The notes beneath the pieces were generated by a model, which worked only from the letters and a program-made list of their open reading frames with translations, searched no databases and had not been told where the DNA came from. The translations under genes and the position numbers were made by a program. From an uncultured Gemmatimonadales bacterium (GTDB taxonomy: Bacteria > Gemmatimonadota > Gemmatimonadetes > Gemmatimonadales > GWC2-71-9), in the NCBI GenBank assembly GCA_963728915.1, contig CAVSLV010000004.1, forward strand, positions 256,001 through 320,000: a stretch of 64,000 bases of DNA, written 5' to 3'. Shown here piece by piece: positions 10,672-20,708 of this stretch. Positions within the stretch are counted from its first letter, which is position 1. Each line of letters begins with the position of its first letter.

Positions 10672-11840
10672 AACGGTGGACCCAGGACGACCGGAAGGCC
10701 CTGGCCGAGGCGCTGGGGCAGAGCGGTGCGGCGGGATGGCTGGTGTTCGACTTCCAGGGCCATAACCCGGTCGCCCAGCGGCTCCTCAATCTCGGCGGGT
10801 TAGGCTCGCGGCGACTCTTCGTGCTGATCACCCCGGACCACGACCCGGTGGCGGTGGCCCACAAGATCGAGCTCGGACCGCTGGAGGGATTCCCCGGCCG
10901 GATCCTTCCCTACGCCCGGCGGGAGGAGCTGAACGCCGCGCTGGGCAGCCTGGTGAACGGCAAGACCGTGGCGATGGAGGTCTCGGAGCGGAACAGCGTC
11001 CCCTATCTCGACCGGGTGCCGCATGGCGTGGTCCAGCTGGTCGAATCCCTGGGCGGGAAGGTGGTGTCGAGCGCGGCCCTGGTGACCCGGTTCGTCTCCC
11101 GCTGGACCGACGCCGAAGCGGCGCTGCACCGGAAGGCCGCCGAAGTGCTGGCCCGGATCGCCCGGGACGCCCTGGGCTTCGCGGTGACCCAGGGAGGGAA
11201 GGGGCTGACCGAAAGCGCGCTGATGGAGCGGGTGGTCGCGGCGATGACGGCGGAAGGCATCGTCCCCGATCATGCCCCGATCGTGGGGTTCGGCCCCAAC
11301 GCGGCCAATCCCCATTACGAACCGGTGGCCGGGAGGGACCGCACCCTGGCCGGGAACGAGGTCGTGCTGGTGGACCTCTTCGGCCGGTATCCCGACGGGA
11401 TTTCGGCGGATCAGACCTGGATGGGGTTCAGCGGATCGACCCCGCCGGAGCGGGTTAGGACGGTCTGGACCACGGTTCGGGACGCTCGCGATGCGGCGCT
11501 CGATCTGGTGCGGACCGCCGGTCGGGAAGGGCGTTCCCTGGCGGGCTTCGAGGTGGACCGGGCCGCCCGGGCGGTGATCGACCAGGCCGGGTTCGGAGAG
11601 TACTTCGTTCATCGTACCGGACACTCGATCGATCGCGAGCTGCACGGGTCCGGCCCCCACATGGATGACTATGAGACCCGGGACGACCGGATCATCCTAC
11701 CCGGCTGCGGGTTCTCGGTCGAACCGGGGATTTACCTGACCGGTGATTTCGGGGTGCGGAGCGAAGTCAACGTGTACTGGAGCGCCGATGGGCCGGAAGT
11801 CACCCCGCAGAAGATCCAGACCGAGCTGATCACCGCGTAA
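10668..11840 (+). CDS. Xaa-Pro aminopeptidase, M24 family
   Basis: NPHY, D..D.T, HRTGH, FSVEPGIY, GVRSE metal ligands. Confidence 0.9.
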   Translation: MKRWTQDDRKALAEALGQSGAAGWLVFDFQGHNPVAQRLLNLGGLGSRRLFVLITPDHDPVAVAHKIELGPLEGFPGRILPYARREELNAALGSLVNGKTVAMEVSERNSVPYLDRVPHGVVQLVESLGGKVVSSAALVTRFVSRWTDAEAALHRKAAEVLARIARDALGFAVTQGGKGLTESALMERVVAAMTAEGIVPDHAPIVGFGPNAANPHYEPVAGRDRTLAGNEVVLVDLFGRYPDGISADQTWMGFSGSTPPERVRTVWTTVRDARDAALDLVRTAGREGRSLAGFEVDRAARAVIDQAGFGEYFVHRTGHSIDRELHGSGPHMDDYETRDDRIILPGCGFSVEPGIYLTGDFGVRSEVNVYWSADGPEVTPQKIQTELITA

Positions 11841-11862
11841 GAACCGGGGTCGCCACTGCTCG

Positions 11863-12807
11863 CTAGCGCCCGAGGATGATCACCTCGGGTTTCGGCGGGG
11901 CGTGGCCGAACGGGATGTACCGATCGATCCCCATCGCCAGGAACAGCAGGGCAAGGTAGAGCAGCGAATAGCGATACATCCGCCAGGGCAGGGGAGAAGG
12001 CCCCGATTCGCGGAGGAGCTGAATGCAGTACCACAGCAGCCGGGCCCCCAGCAGGAGCGCCGCGATCGCATAGAGAATTCCCTGATGCCCCGAAAGGGTC
12101 GGCAGGATGGTGAGGGGCAGCAGCAGGAGGGTGTACACCAGCATCTGCACCTTGGTCTCGTGCGGTCCCCTTACGACCGGCATCATGGGAATCCCCGCCC
12201 GGGCGTAGTCCTTCTCCTTGATCAGGGCCAACGCCCAGAAGTGCGGTGGGGTCCAGTAGAAGATGATGGCGAAGAGATAGATCGCGCCGAGATCGATCGA
12301 ATTCGTCATTGCCGCCCACCCCACCAGCGGCGGGAACGCTCCGGCGGCCCCGCCGATCACGATGTTCTGGGCGGTCGCGCGCTTGAGCCACATGGTGTAG
12401 ACGAAGACGTAGAAGAGAAGGCCCAGCGCGGCGAGGCCCGCCGAGAGCAGGTTCACGAATCGCCAGAACAGGACAAACGAGGCGATTCCGAGGCCGATGC
12501 CGAAGACCAGCGCCGCGCCGGGAGGGATCCGTCCCGAGGGCACCGGCCGGACCCGGGTCCTCGACATCACCGAGTCGATATCGCGATCGAACCACATGTT
12601 GATCGCGTTCGCGCCTCCAGCCATCAGAAAACCGGCCAGCGTGACCCATCCCACCAGCGCCAGGCTCGGCAGTCCGCGGTCGGTGATGAACATGGGGGCG
12701 ACGGCGGTGAGGAGCAGCAGGGAAATCACCCGCGGCTTGGTGAGAGTGATGAGGTCGCGAAGCAGCGGGAAGTCGGGAGGTCTGGAAGTCTCGAGGTCCA
12801 TAGGCAT
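11863..12807 (-). CDS. ctaB: Protoheme IX farnesyltransferase (heme O synthase)
   Basis: LTKPRV, DRDID..M.RT..RP.PSG, QNIVIGGAAGA.PPL.GW, WTPPHFWAL. Confidence 0.95.
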   Translation of the reverse strand: MPMDLETSRPPDFPLLRDLITLTKPRVISLLLLTAVAPMFITDRGLPSLALVGWVTLAGFLMAGGANAINMWFDRDIDSVMSRTRVRPVPSGRIPPGAALVFGIGLGIASFVLFWRFVNLLSAGLAALGLLFYVFVYTMWLKRATAQNIVIGGAAGAFPPLVGWAAMTNSIDLGAIYLFAIIFYWTPPHFWALALIKEKDYARAGIPMMPVVRGPHETKVQMLVYTLLLLPLTILPTLSGHQGILYAIAALLLGARLLWYCIQLLRESGPSPLPWRMYRYSLLYLALLFLAMGIDRYIPFGHAPPKPEVIILGR

Positions 12808-12875
12808 TCGGCGTGGAAATATATACCTTTGCCTGTCCCGTACCGATTTTCAGACGTTCAGACTTCCAGACCTCC
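12768..12875. repeat. Inverted pair of 8-bp tandem repeats flanking the ctaB/APC divergent promoter region
   Basis: ggaagtcg ggaggtct ggaagtct cgaggtcc (12768-12799) and tttcagac gttcagac ttccagac ctcc (12848-12875). Confidence 0.8.
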
Positions 12876-14248
12876 TGGCGCCTATCTCCGAGTCCCCCGC
12901 CACTCTCGCACCCCGTGACGCCTACGGCGAACGCCTGCCGAGAAGCGTGGGACTCTTTGCGTCCATCATGGTCCTCATCGGGATCACGATCGGAAGCGGG
13001 ATCTTCCGGGTGCCTGCCACCGTGGCCCGGTCGCTCACCGCACCCGGCCCGTTCCTGCTGGTCTGGGTGCTGGGCGGAGTCATGGCGCTCTGCGGAGCCC
13101 TGACGCTGGGAGAATTGGCTGCCCTGTTCCCCCGGAGCGGCGGCATTCTCGCCTATCTGGCCGAGGGGTTCGGCCCGATGCCGGCCTTTCTCTTCGGCTG
13201 GTCCCAGCTGGTCATCATCCGCGCCTCCGCGCTGGGCGCCATTGCCACCATTTTCGCCGAATACTTCGGTCGCTTCGTGACCCTGACGCCGCAGGCGGTC
13301 CACTGGGTCGCCGCCCTGGTGATTGCCACGATTGGATTCCTGAACTGGGTCGGAGTCAAGCGGGCTGCGCTGGTGAACAATGTGGCGACGGGGGTGAAGT
13401 ACCTGGCCCTGGTTGGCCTGGTGGTGTTTGCGTTCACCGCCTCTACCGGCTCGACCGGGAACTTCGCTGGAGCCTGGACCGGGTTCACGATCTCGGCCTT
13501 TGCGACCGCGCTGGTCCCGGTGATGTGGGCCTACGATGGTTGGGCCGACCTTTCCTTCATGAGCGGAGAGGTCAAGGATCCGGCCCGGACCATGCCGCGC
13601 GCTCTGATCTTCGGTACGCTGCTGATCATCGCCATCTATCTGCTGGTCAACGCGGCCTACATCTACCTGGTTCCGTTGCCCGACATGGCGCAGCCCATGT
13701 CCGGGCTCATCGCCGCCACGGCCGCCGAGCGGATCCCGGCCTTCGGTGGTATCGGGGCCAGACTCATCGCCGCGGTCGTCCTGATCTCGACGTTCAGCAG
13801 TGTGAACGGCACCATGATGGCGAGCCCCCGGATCTTCTTCGGGATGGCGGACCGGGGTCTCTTCTTTCAGGGGATTGCGCGAGTGTCACCGCGGTTCAAG
13901 AGTCCCTCCACCGCGATCCTCCTGGCCAGCACCCTCGGCGTGGTGTACGTCCTGTTCAATGATTTCCAGCAGCTTGCCGACAAGTTCGTCCTGGGGATTT
14001 TCCCGTTCTACGTGCTGGCGGTGCTGGCGGTGTTCATGATCCGGGCCCGGCAACCGGGACTCGCCAGACCCTACCGGGTTCTGGGGTATCCGGTCGTTCC
14101 CGTGCTGTTCCTGCTCGGGGCTCTGGGAATGATAGTGAACGCTCTCATTACGGACACCGCGAATACGGCGTTCACGTTCGGGATCATATTGATCGGCATT
14201 CCGGTGTTCTACCTCGCCCGGAAGATGGGGAAGATCAAACCCTCGTAA
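12875..14248 (+). CDS. APC family amino acid permease (LAT-like); start uncertain
   Basis: LPRS.G, IGSGIF, GELAALFPRSGG, AYDGW, GEVKDP, RPYRV.GYP; no ATG before the conserved N-terminal motif (CTG 12875 or GTG 12947). Confidence 0.85.
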   Translation: MAPISESPATLAPRDAYGERLPRSVGLFASIMVLIGITIGSGIFRVPATVARSLTAPGPFLLVWVLGGVMALCGALTLGELAALFPRSGGILAYLAEGFGPMPAFLFGWSQLVIIRASALGAIATIFAEYFGRFVTLTPQAVHWVAALVIATIGFLNWVGVKRAALVNNVATGVKYLALVGLVVFAFTASTGSTGNFAGAWTGFTISAFATALVPVMWAYDGWADLSFMSGEVKDPARTMPRALIFGTLLIIAIYLLVNAAYIYLVPLPDMAQPMSGLIAATAAERIPAFGGIGARLIAAVVLISTFSSVNGTMMASPRIFFGMADRGLFFQGIARVSPRFKSPSTAILLASTLGVVYVLFNDFQQLADKFVLGIFPFYVLAVLAVFMIRARQPGLARPYRVLGYPVVPVLFLLGALGMIVNALITDTANTAFTFGIILIGIPVFYLARKMGKIKPS

Positions 14249-14261
14249 GGAACGCTCCACG

Positions 14262-14287
14262 CCCGGGTAACGGTCCCGTTACACGGG
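14262..14287. promoter_or_regulatory. Inverted repeat (operator or terminator) between the permease and the TonB receptor
   Basis: cccgggtaacgg-tc-ccgttacacggg, 12-bp arms with one mismatch. Confidence 0.5.
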
Positions 14288-14398
14288 TTGCGTTGGTACA
14301 GGGGCGGGATAAGTTTGGGCGGCTTTTCCGGGGCATTCCCCCGATCCCATCGGTTTCCGTATAAACATCGCGAAGGATTCCTCTTGAGGAGGCTACTC

Positions 14399-17300
14399 AT
14401 GAAGAGGTGGTTGGCTGCATGCGCGACCCTGGCACTCGCGGGGACGCTGTTGAGCTCGACCGCGCTGGCTCAGGGGGTCACGACGGGTTCCTTGAACGTT
14501 CGGGTGCGAAACCAGGATGGCACGCCAGTGGCCGGCGCCCGGGTGACCGCCACTCACCTTGCCTCCGGGACGACCTACAGTAGCAGCACGATGGCGAGCG
14601 GCCGAGCGGCGATTCCCGGGGTTCGGGTCGGCGGGCCGTACAAAGTCACGGTAGCCGCGATCGGGTTCGATCCCAAGAGTCAGGACGGTATCTACGTCAA
14701 TCTCGGCGTTTCCGAGGACGTGGACTTTACCCTTTCCCCCACGGTGGTCACGCTCGAGGAGGTCACCGTGACGGCGGAGGGCGAGACCGTCTTCAGCTCC
14801 CGGCGAACCGGGGCGGCGACCACCGTGGACCGCCAGGCGATCGCCGTGCTTCCTTCGATCACCGGTCGGTATGAGGACTACATCCGGCTGACCCCGCAGG
14901 TACGGGGCACCTCGTTCGCCGGTCAGGACAACCGGCTCAACAACATCACGGTGGACGGGTCCTACTTCAACAATGGATTCGGTCTCGGCAGCGGCCAGCC
15001 GGGCGGCCAGACCAACGTGGCCCCGATCTCGATGGCGGCGATCGAACAGATCCAGGTGAACATTGCGCCATACGATGTGCGGCAGGGGCACTTCATTGGA
15101 GCCAACATCAACACGGTGACCCGGAGCGGGACCAACGAGGTCGTGGGGATGCTCCAGTACGCCTTCCGGCAGTGCGACGTCACGGAAGACGGATCCTGCG
15201 CGAAGAAATTCGGGATCACCCGGATGAACGGGAACCAGGCCGGCGACAATATCGTGAACATCGGCAATTTCGATTTCAGCCGGTACGGCGGCTATCTCGG
15301 CGGCCCGATCATCAAGAACAAGCTCTTCTTCTTCGGGAGCTACGAGAAGGACAAGCTCAGCTCGCCGGGAACCACCTTCCGCGCCAACACCGGTGGGGAA
15401 ACTATCGGAGGTGGAACCACCCGGGTCCTTGCTTCGGATCTGGACCAGCTGGCCGACTTCCTCAAGACCAAATTCAATTATGACCCGGGCCTCTATCAGG
15501 GATACAATTTCGACACGCCGGCCAAGCGGATCATCGGGAAGCTTGACTACAACCTGAACGAGCGGAACAAGGTGAGCGTCCGGTACAATCACCTGGATTC
15601 ATTCACCGACAAGATCGAGTCCAGCTCGACCTCCCTCGGATTCGGGAACCGGAACTTCAATACCACGTCCCTGAACTTCCAGAGCTCGAACTACCAGCAG
15701 GGCGAAAACATCCGGTCGATCGTGGGCGAGTGGAACTCCGCGATCGGGAACCGGCTCCACAATGATTTCATCGTCGGGTACAATTACACCAACGAGAGCC
15801 GCGCGCTCGGCAAATCTCCGTTCAAGGTGGACGATCCGACGACCTGGTTCCCGCTGGTCGACATTCTGGCATCTTCCTCCGACCAGACCACGTATACCAG
15901 CTTCGGGACCGAGCCGTTCTCGCCCTTCAACCAGGTCAAGTACTCGACCTATCAGATCCAGGACAACTTTACCATCTACGGCGACAAGCACGACTTCACC
16001 TTCGGGGTGAGCGGGGAGCGGTATCATTCGCTGAACGTCTTCGACCCGGGTTCGCAGAGCGTCTATACCTACAATTCGCTGGACGATTTCTACGCCGACG
16101 CGAACGACTATATCGCCCATCCGGACCGCACCACTTCGCCGGTGACCTTGCGCCGGTTTCAGGTCGGCTACGTCAATCTTCCGGATCCGAGCTGCGACGG
16201 GACCACCTGTCCGGTGGGCACGCCGCGGCAACAACCGATCCAGCCCCTGACCGTCTGGTATGGGGGGGTGTATGCCCAGGACGAGTGGCGAGCTTCCCGG
16301 AACCTCAAACTGACCATTGGGCTTCGGATGGACGTGCCGATCTTCGATTCCACCGGGTTTGTCAATCCGGTCGCCAACGGGATGACCTTCCTGGACGAGC
16401 ACAAGACACTGGTGCACTACCAGACCCAGAAGCTGCCCAACAGCAATGTCCAGTTCTCGCCCCGCTTCGGGTTCAACTACAACGCCAGCAACGGCAAGCG
16501 GAACACCCAGATCCGGGGCGGGACCGGGATCATGAGCGGCCCTCCGCTCTACGTCTGGATTTCCAATCAGGTTGGCAACAACGGCCTGTTGACGGGGACC
16601 GTGTCGGTCGACAATACCAATACCCGTCCCTTCAACCCGGATCCCTTTGCCTACTCGCCCAAGACGGTGACCGGCGCGTCGGCATCGAGCTTTGCCCTGG
16701 CGTTCACCGACCCGAATTTCAAATTCCCTCAGCTCTGGCGCAGCAACCTGGCGGTGGACCGCCGGCTCCCGTGGGGCCTCGTGGGAACCGCCGAGTTCAT
16801 CTATAACAGGGACATCAACGGGATCTACTACATCAACGCGAACCTGGCTCCGCCGCAGACTCGCTATGCCGGAGTGGACAACCGGAGTCGCTGGTACTCC
16901 AGCTGTCCCACCTCCGGAGGCGGCTCGGGAACCTGTGCTCGACTCAACAACATCGCGACCAGCGCGGTGGTGATGAAGAACGAGAGCGTCGGTCGGTCCT
17001 GGGAGGCCGCGGTGTCTCTGGAACGGCGGTTCGACAATGGCTTCTATGCCAAGGTCGCCTACGACTATGGCGAGGCCAAGAACACCGTGGATCCAGGATC
17101 GATCGCGCTGGGAACCTGGCAGAGCGTGGCGATCGTGAACGACCCGAACAACCCGGGCCTCCACTGGTCCACCAACTCCCCGGGGCACCGGTTCTTCGCG
17201 GCGCTTGCCTACGGGCGTGACTGGCTCAAGGCCGGGCGGACCACCATCTCGGCGTTCTACAACCTGCAGACCATCGCGAACCTCTCATACCTGTTCTCCG

Positions 17301-17944
17301 GCGACGCCAATGGCGATGCCAACACCGCCAATGACCTGATCTACATCCCGGCGAACAAGGATGAGATGAATTTCCAGGCATACACCCAGGCCGCGCACGT
17401 GGTCTCCGGGAACGTTCTGGCTCCGGCGCGGGTCATCACCTCCCAGGAGCAGCGGGATGCCTGGGATGCCTACATCACCCAGGATCCCTATCTGAGCAAG
17501 CACCGCGGCGAATACATGGAGCGCAATGCGTTCTTCCTGCCGAAGGTCGGGCGGGTGGATCTCCAGCTCACCCAGGATATCCATGCGCTGGTAGGCGGCC
17601 GCCGAAACTCGCTCGAGCTCCGGGCCGACTTCCTCAACTTCGGCAACTTCCTCAACAAGGACTGGGGCATCAGCCAGCGGGTGGTGAACAACCAGCCGCT
17701 CCTGGTGTCCACCAGCAACGCCGGCTCAGTCATCGGCTGTTCGGCGAACCTCACCGGGCTGGCTGATGCCTGCGGACGACTCCAGTACCGGCTCCGGAAC
17801 CTCGAGGATCCCGATCCGGACAATCCTGGAATGAACCACTATGTCCTGATGGGAGAAGGCGCCCGGGACCACACGTTCGAGAAGACCGCGACCACCAGCG
17901 ACGTGTGGAGACTTCAGATTTCGTTGCGGTATCTGTTCAACTAG
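14399..17944 (+). CDS. TonB-dependent receptor, Oar-like, with N-terminal carboxypeptidase-regulatory-like domain
   Basis: GAGGAGG SD; signal peptide; NNITVDG, IEQIQV..APYDVRQG, INTVTRSGTN, YAQDEW, C-terminal LRYLFN. Confidence 0.92.
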   Translation: MKRWLAACATLALAGTLLSSTALAQGVTTGSLNVRVRNQDGTPVAGARVTATHLASGTTYSSSTMASGRAAIPGVRVGGPYKVTVAAIGFDPKSQDGIYVNLGVSEDVDFTLSPTVVTLEEVTVTAEGETVFSSRRTGAATTVDRQAIAVLPSITGRYEDYIRLTPQVRGTSFAGQDNRLNNITVDGSYFNNGFGLGSGQPGGQTNVAPISMAAIEQIQVNIAPYDVRQGHFIGANINTVTRSGTNEVVGMLQYAFRQCDVTEDGSCAKKFGITRMNGNQAGDNIVNIGNFDFSRYGGYLGGPIIKNKLFFFGSYEKDKLSSPGTTFRANTGGETIGGGTTRVLASDLDQLADFLKTKFNYDPGLYQGYNFDTPAKRIIGKLDYNLNERNKVSVRYNHLDSFTDKIESSSTSLGFGNRNFNTTSLNFQSSNYQQGENIRSIVGEWNSAIGNRLHNDFIVGYNYTNESRALGKSPFKVDDPTTWFPLVDILASSSDQTTYTSFGTEPFSPFNQVKYSTYQIQDNFTIYGDKHDFTFGVSGERYHSLNVFDPGSQSVYTYNSLDDFYADANDYIAHPDRTTSPVTLRRFQVGYVNLPDPSCDGTTCPVGTPRQQPIQPLTVWYGGVYAQDEWRASRNLKLTIGLRMDVPIFDSTGFVNPVANGMTFLDEHKTLVHYQTQKLPNSNVQFSPRFGFNYNASNGKRNTQIRGGTGIMSGPPLYVWISNQVGNNGLLTGTVSVDNTNTRPFNPDPFAYSPKTVTGASASSFALAFTDPNFKFPQLWRSNLAVDRRLPWGLVGTAEFIYNRDINGIYYINANLAPPQTRYAGVDNRSRWYSSCPTSGGGSGTCARLNNIATSAVVMKNESVGRSWEAAVSLERRFDNGFYAKVAYDYGEAKNTVDPGSIALGTWQSVAIVNDPNNPGLHWSTNSPGHRFFAALAYGRDWLKAGRTTISAFYNLQTIANLSYLFSGDANGDANTANDLIYIPANKDEMNFQAYTQAAHVVSGNVLAPARVITSQEQRDAWDAYITQDPYLSKHRGEYMERNAFFLPKVGRVDLQLTQDIHALVGGRRNSLELRADFLNFGNFLNKDWGISQRVVNNQPLLVSTSNAGSVIGCSANLTGLADACGRLQYRLRNLEDPDPDNPGMNHYVLMGEGARDHTFEKTATTSDVWRLQISLRYLFN

Positions 17945-17955
17945 GCAGGAGGCTG

Positions 17956-18003
17956 GGAAGTCTGAAAGTCTGAAAGTCTGGAAGTCTGGAAGTCTGGAGG
18001 TCG
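17956..18003. repeat. 8-bp tandem repeat G(G/A)AAGTCT x6 after the TonB receptor stop
   Basis: ggaagtct gaaagtct gaaagtct ggaagtct ggaagtct ggaggtcg. Confidence 0.9.
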
Positions 18004-18041
18004 GGAATGGGGATTTTGCCCTATTCCCGATTTCCTTTTTT
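18001..18041 (+). terminator. Intrinsic terminator of the TonB receptor gene
   Basis: tcgggaatgggg/ccctattcccga stem followed by tttcctttttt. Confidence 0.8.
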
Positions 18042-18063
18042 GGTCCAAGTGTGGCAGGCCCGT

Positions 18064-18088
18064 CCTCCAGACCTCCAGACCTCCAGAC
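18064..18088. repeat. 8-bp tandem repeat CCTCCAGA x3 after the lptG stop (G-rich on lptG coding strand)
   Basis: cctccaga cctccaga cctccaga; reverse complement of the 17956 family. Confidence 0.85.
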
Positions 18089-19165
18089 CTAGGTCCGCAC
18101 CCTCACCAGCAACCAGAGTCCCATCGCCAGGAAGACTCCGTTGGGCAGCCAGGCGGCGGCCTTCGGGTTCATCAGTCCCGACGAGCCGACGGCCTGGGCC
18201 AGATTGATCATGAGCAGGTAGACGATGGTGGTGCCCAGGCTGATCGCGATGCCTACCGCGGCACCGGCCCGAGGCGCCGAAACGGCGAGCGGCGCTCCGA
18301 ACAACGCGATGATGAGGCAGGCGGCAGGAAGCGCGACTTTCACCGCCTGCTCCACCTGGAGCTTCCTCGCGTCGTTCCCGGTGGCCTGGACCGAAGCGAT
18401 GTAACGCCCCAGCTCGCCGTAGGTCATCTCGGTGTAATTCTTCTGCTCAACCAGAAGGTCGGAAGGGCTTTCGCGAAACGCCGGCAGTTTGAGCTCGGCG
18501 AAGCTCAGGGTGAGCACGTCCCCGTTCGGCGACAGCACATTGCTTGCCCCGTTCAGGAAAACCCAGCGATGGTGATCCGGCTCCCAGCGCCCGCTGTCCG
18601 CGGTGACCGAAAAAAGCGGCGTGGTGCTGTCATGGACGGCGTGCTCCAGCACCACCTGCTGCATCCGGTTCTCCACCGTATTGAGCTGGCGAATGGTATA
18701 GACCCACCCGCTCGGACTCCGGAACACGAACGAGTAGCGGTTCAGGAGCGTCCGGCTCAGGCGCTCTCCCTGGAGCTCGAGCTGGCGCGAGGTCGTCTGA
18801 GTGGCCCACTCCCCGATCAGAAACGCGCAAACCGCGGCCAGGGTCGAGACCAGCAGAATCGGCCGGATGATCCGGTGAAAGCTGATGCCGCCGGCCTTCG
18901 CCGCGGTGAGCTCGGAGTGACGCGCCAGGGGACCTACCGTGAACACGGCCGCGAACAGGCACGCGGCGGGCATCATCTGGGCAACATTCTGCGGCAGGGC
19001 GTACAGGTAGCTGAGCGCGATGGTGCCCGGCGTGAGGTCCTTCTCCAGCAGCTTCCGCAGGTTGTCGGTGAGCTGGGTCAGGATCGAAACCACCGGCAGG
19101 CCCACCGCGGTGAGCAGAAAGATCCTGAGCCACTGTCCCAGGACGTATCGGGAGAGCTTGCTCAT
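18089..19165 (-). CDS. lptG: LPS export permease LptG (YjgP/YjgQ family)
   Basis: MSKLSRYVL start, L.RHSELTAAKAGGIS, AAWLPN; second of the tandem pair. Confidence 0.85.
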   Translation of the reverse strand: MSKLSRYVLGQWLRIFLLTAVGLPVVSILTQLTDNLRKLLEKDLTPGTIALSYLYALPQNVAQMMPAACLFAAVFTVGPLARHSELTAAKAGGISFHRIIRPILLVSTLAAVCAFLIGEWATQTTSRQLELQGERLSRTLLNRYSFVFRSPSGWVYTIRQLNTVENRMQQVVLEHAVHDSTTPLFSVTADSGRWEPDHHRWVFLNGASNVLSPNGDVLTLSFAELKLPAFRESPSDLLVEQKNYTEMTYGELGRYIASVQATGNDARKLQVEQAVKVALPAACLIIALFGAPLAVSAPRAGAAVGIAISLGTTIVYLLMINLAQAVGSSGLMNPKAAAWLPNGVFLAMGLWLLVRVRT

Positions 19166-20658
19166 GCCGCTCGTCGCTTGCGCCGGGGGATCCATCCGAT
19201 CAGCCAGTCGGCCAGATCGGCGAGGTCGCCGCCCCTGGTGGAGCCGAACTCCCGATTGACCTTGAGCAGGCCAAGGACCCCCGCGACCAGCACGATCAGA
19301 TTGGGGAGCCACATGGCCAGGGCCGGGTTCATGATCCCCCGGTCTCCCAGGTTCTCGCCCACCGTCAGCCCGACATAGAACACCGCGAAGATCACCAGGC
19401 TCGCCCCGATCACCAGCCCCATCCCCCCGCGCGGGAATCGGAGGGCCAGCGCGATCCCGATCAGCACGAAGGTGGTGCAGGAGACGGCGAGCGAAAATTT
19501 CTTGTGGATCTCGACGGTGTACTGACGGATCCTCCCCATCGCCACCGCTTCCTGATCCCGGATGTCGGAGACCTCGCTCAGCGAGGCGGGGGGAAGGCGT
19601 AGCGGCACCAGCGCGGTATCCTGGGCGGCCGAAGCGGGGGAGGGAGGACCCTGGGCCGCCGCGGTGCCGGGCAGCAGCACCCGGCCGGTCCATCGTTCGA
19701 AGTTGCGCCACAGGGTCGCACAATGCGGAGGAATCCGTGCGGCGGCCGGTCGCGTGGTATCGGCAATTTCCGCGATGCGGAGAAGCGATCGGACCCCGTT
19801 TTCGGCGAGCGCTTCGCGATGACCGCGGGCCCGTACCCGATCCTGGCGATACTTCGCCACCCGGTCGACCATCTGGCAGGTAGTCATCTCCCGGTCGCCG
19901 GCCTCCACTTCTCCAAAACTCTGCTGGAAGGCGTTCTGGGCGTTTCGGACCGTGACCGTGTTGGTGGCGTACCGGGTCAGGTTGAGGCTGCCGGGCTCGC
20001 CGATCTGGTACTCATGGACCTCGCCGTGATAGAGACGAATGGAGAGGTCCCTCCCCTCGCGATCGAAGGTCATGAATCCGCTGTCGGCGTAGATGACCCG
20101 TCGTGCCGTGGGGGGACTCAGGTCGTAGATCACGATTTCCCGCATTCGCCCGGTGCCCGGCTCGATCCGGCTGGCCCGAAGGAAGTACTGCGACTGGGGC
20201 AGGTTGTTGATCACCTGCTCCTTGAGGATGAAGGTCGGCTTCTTCTGGGCGATGTCGCTCTGGAGGTTGAGCAGGCGGAGATTGCCGCGGGGAAGCACCT
20301 GGTCGATGAAGACGAAGTTCGCCGCCGTCATGATCAACCCGGCGGCCAGCACCGGCCGGAGCATCTGCCAGACGCTCACGCCGTTGGCCCGCATGGCGGT
20401 GAGCTCGCTGTCGGCGCCCATCTGGCTGAACCCGTACAGCACCGCGACCAGCACGGCCATCGGCAGGGTCAGGGCGACGATGAAGGGTATGAACAGAATG
20501 AGGACTTCGGCGATCACCCGGCCGGGCAGCCCTTTTCCCACCAGCTCGCCCAACCGGCGGGAGAGCTGGTTGAGCATGAGCATCGCGGTCTGGGCAATCC
20601 AGGCGAACAGAAACGGGGCCGCGAGATTGACGAGCAGATGCCTGCGGAGAAGACGCAT
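19162..20658 (-). CDS. lptF: LPS export permease LptF (YjgP/YjgQ family)
   Basis: DSELTAMRANGVS, VEIHKKFS, AMWLPN. Confidence 0.85.
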   Translation of the reverse strand: MRLLRRHLLVNLAAPFLFAWIAQTAMLMLNQLSRRLGELVGKGLPGRVIAEVLILFIPFIVALTLPMAVLVAVLYGFSQMGADSELTAMRANGVSVWQMLRPVLAAGLIMTAANFVFIDQVLPRGNLRLLNLQSDIAQKKPTFILKEQVINNLPQSQYFLRASRIEPGTGRMREIVIYDLSPPTARRVIYADSGFMTFDREGRDLSIRLYHGEVHEYQIGEPGSLNLTRYATNTVTVRNAQNAFQQSFGEVEAGDREMTTCQMVDRVAKYRQDRVRARGHREALAENGVRSLLRIAEIADTTRPAAARIPPHCATLWRNFERWTGRVLLPGTAAAQGPPSPASAAQDTALVPLRLPPASLSEVSDIRDQEAVAMGRIRQYTVEIHKKFSLAVSCTTFVLIGIALALRFPRGGMGLVIGASLVIFAVFYVGLTVGENLGDRGIMNPALAMWLPNLIVLVAGVLGLLKVNREFGSTRGGDLADLADWLIGWIPRRKRRAA

Positions 20659-20708
20659 CGCAACAAAGCTAGCTACCTTCCATGCCGACCAGAACCTCGA
20701 TGCCCACG

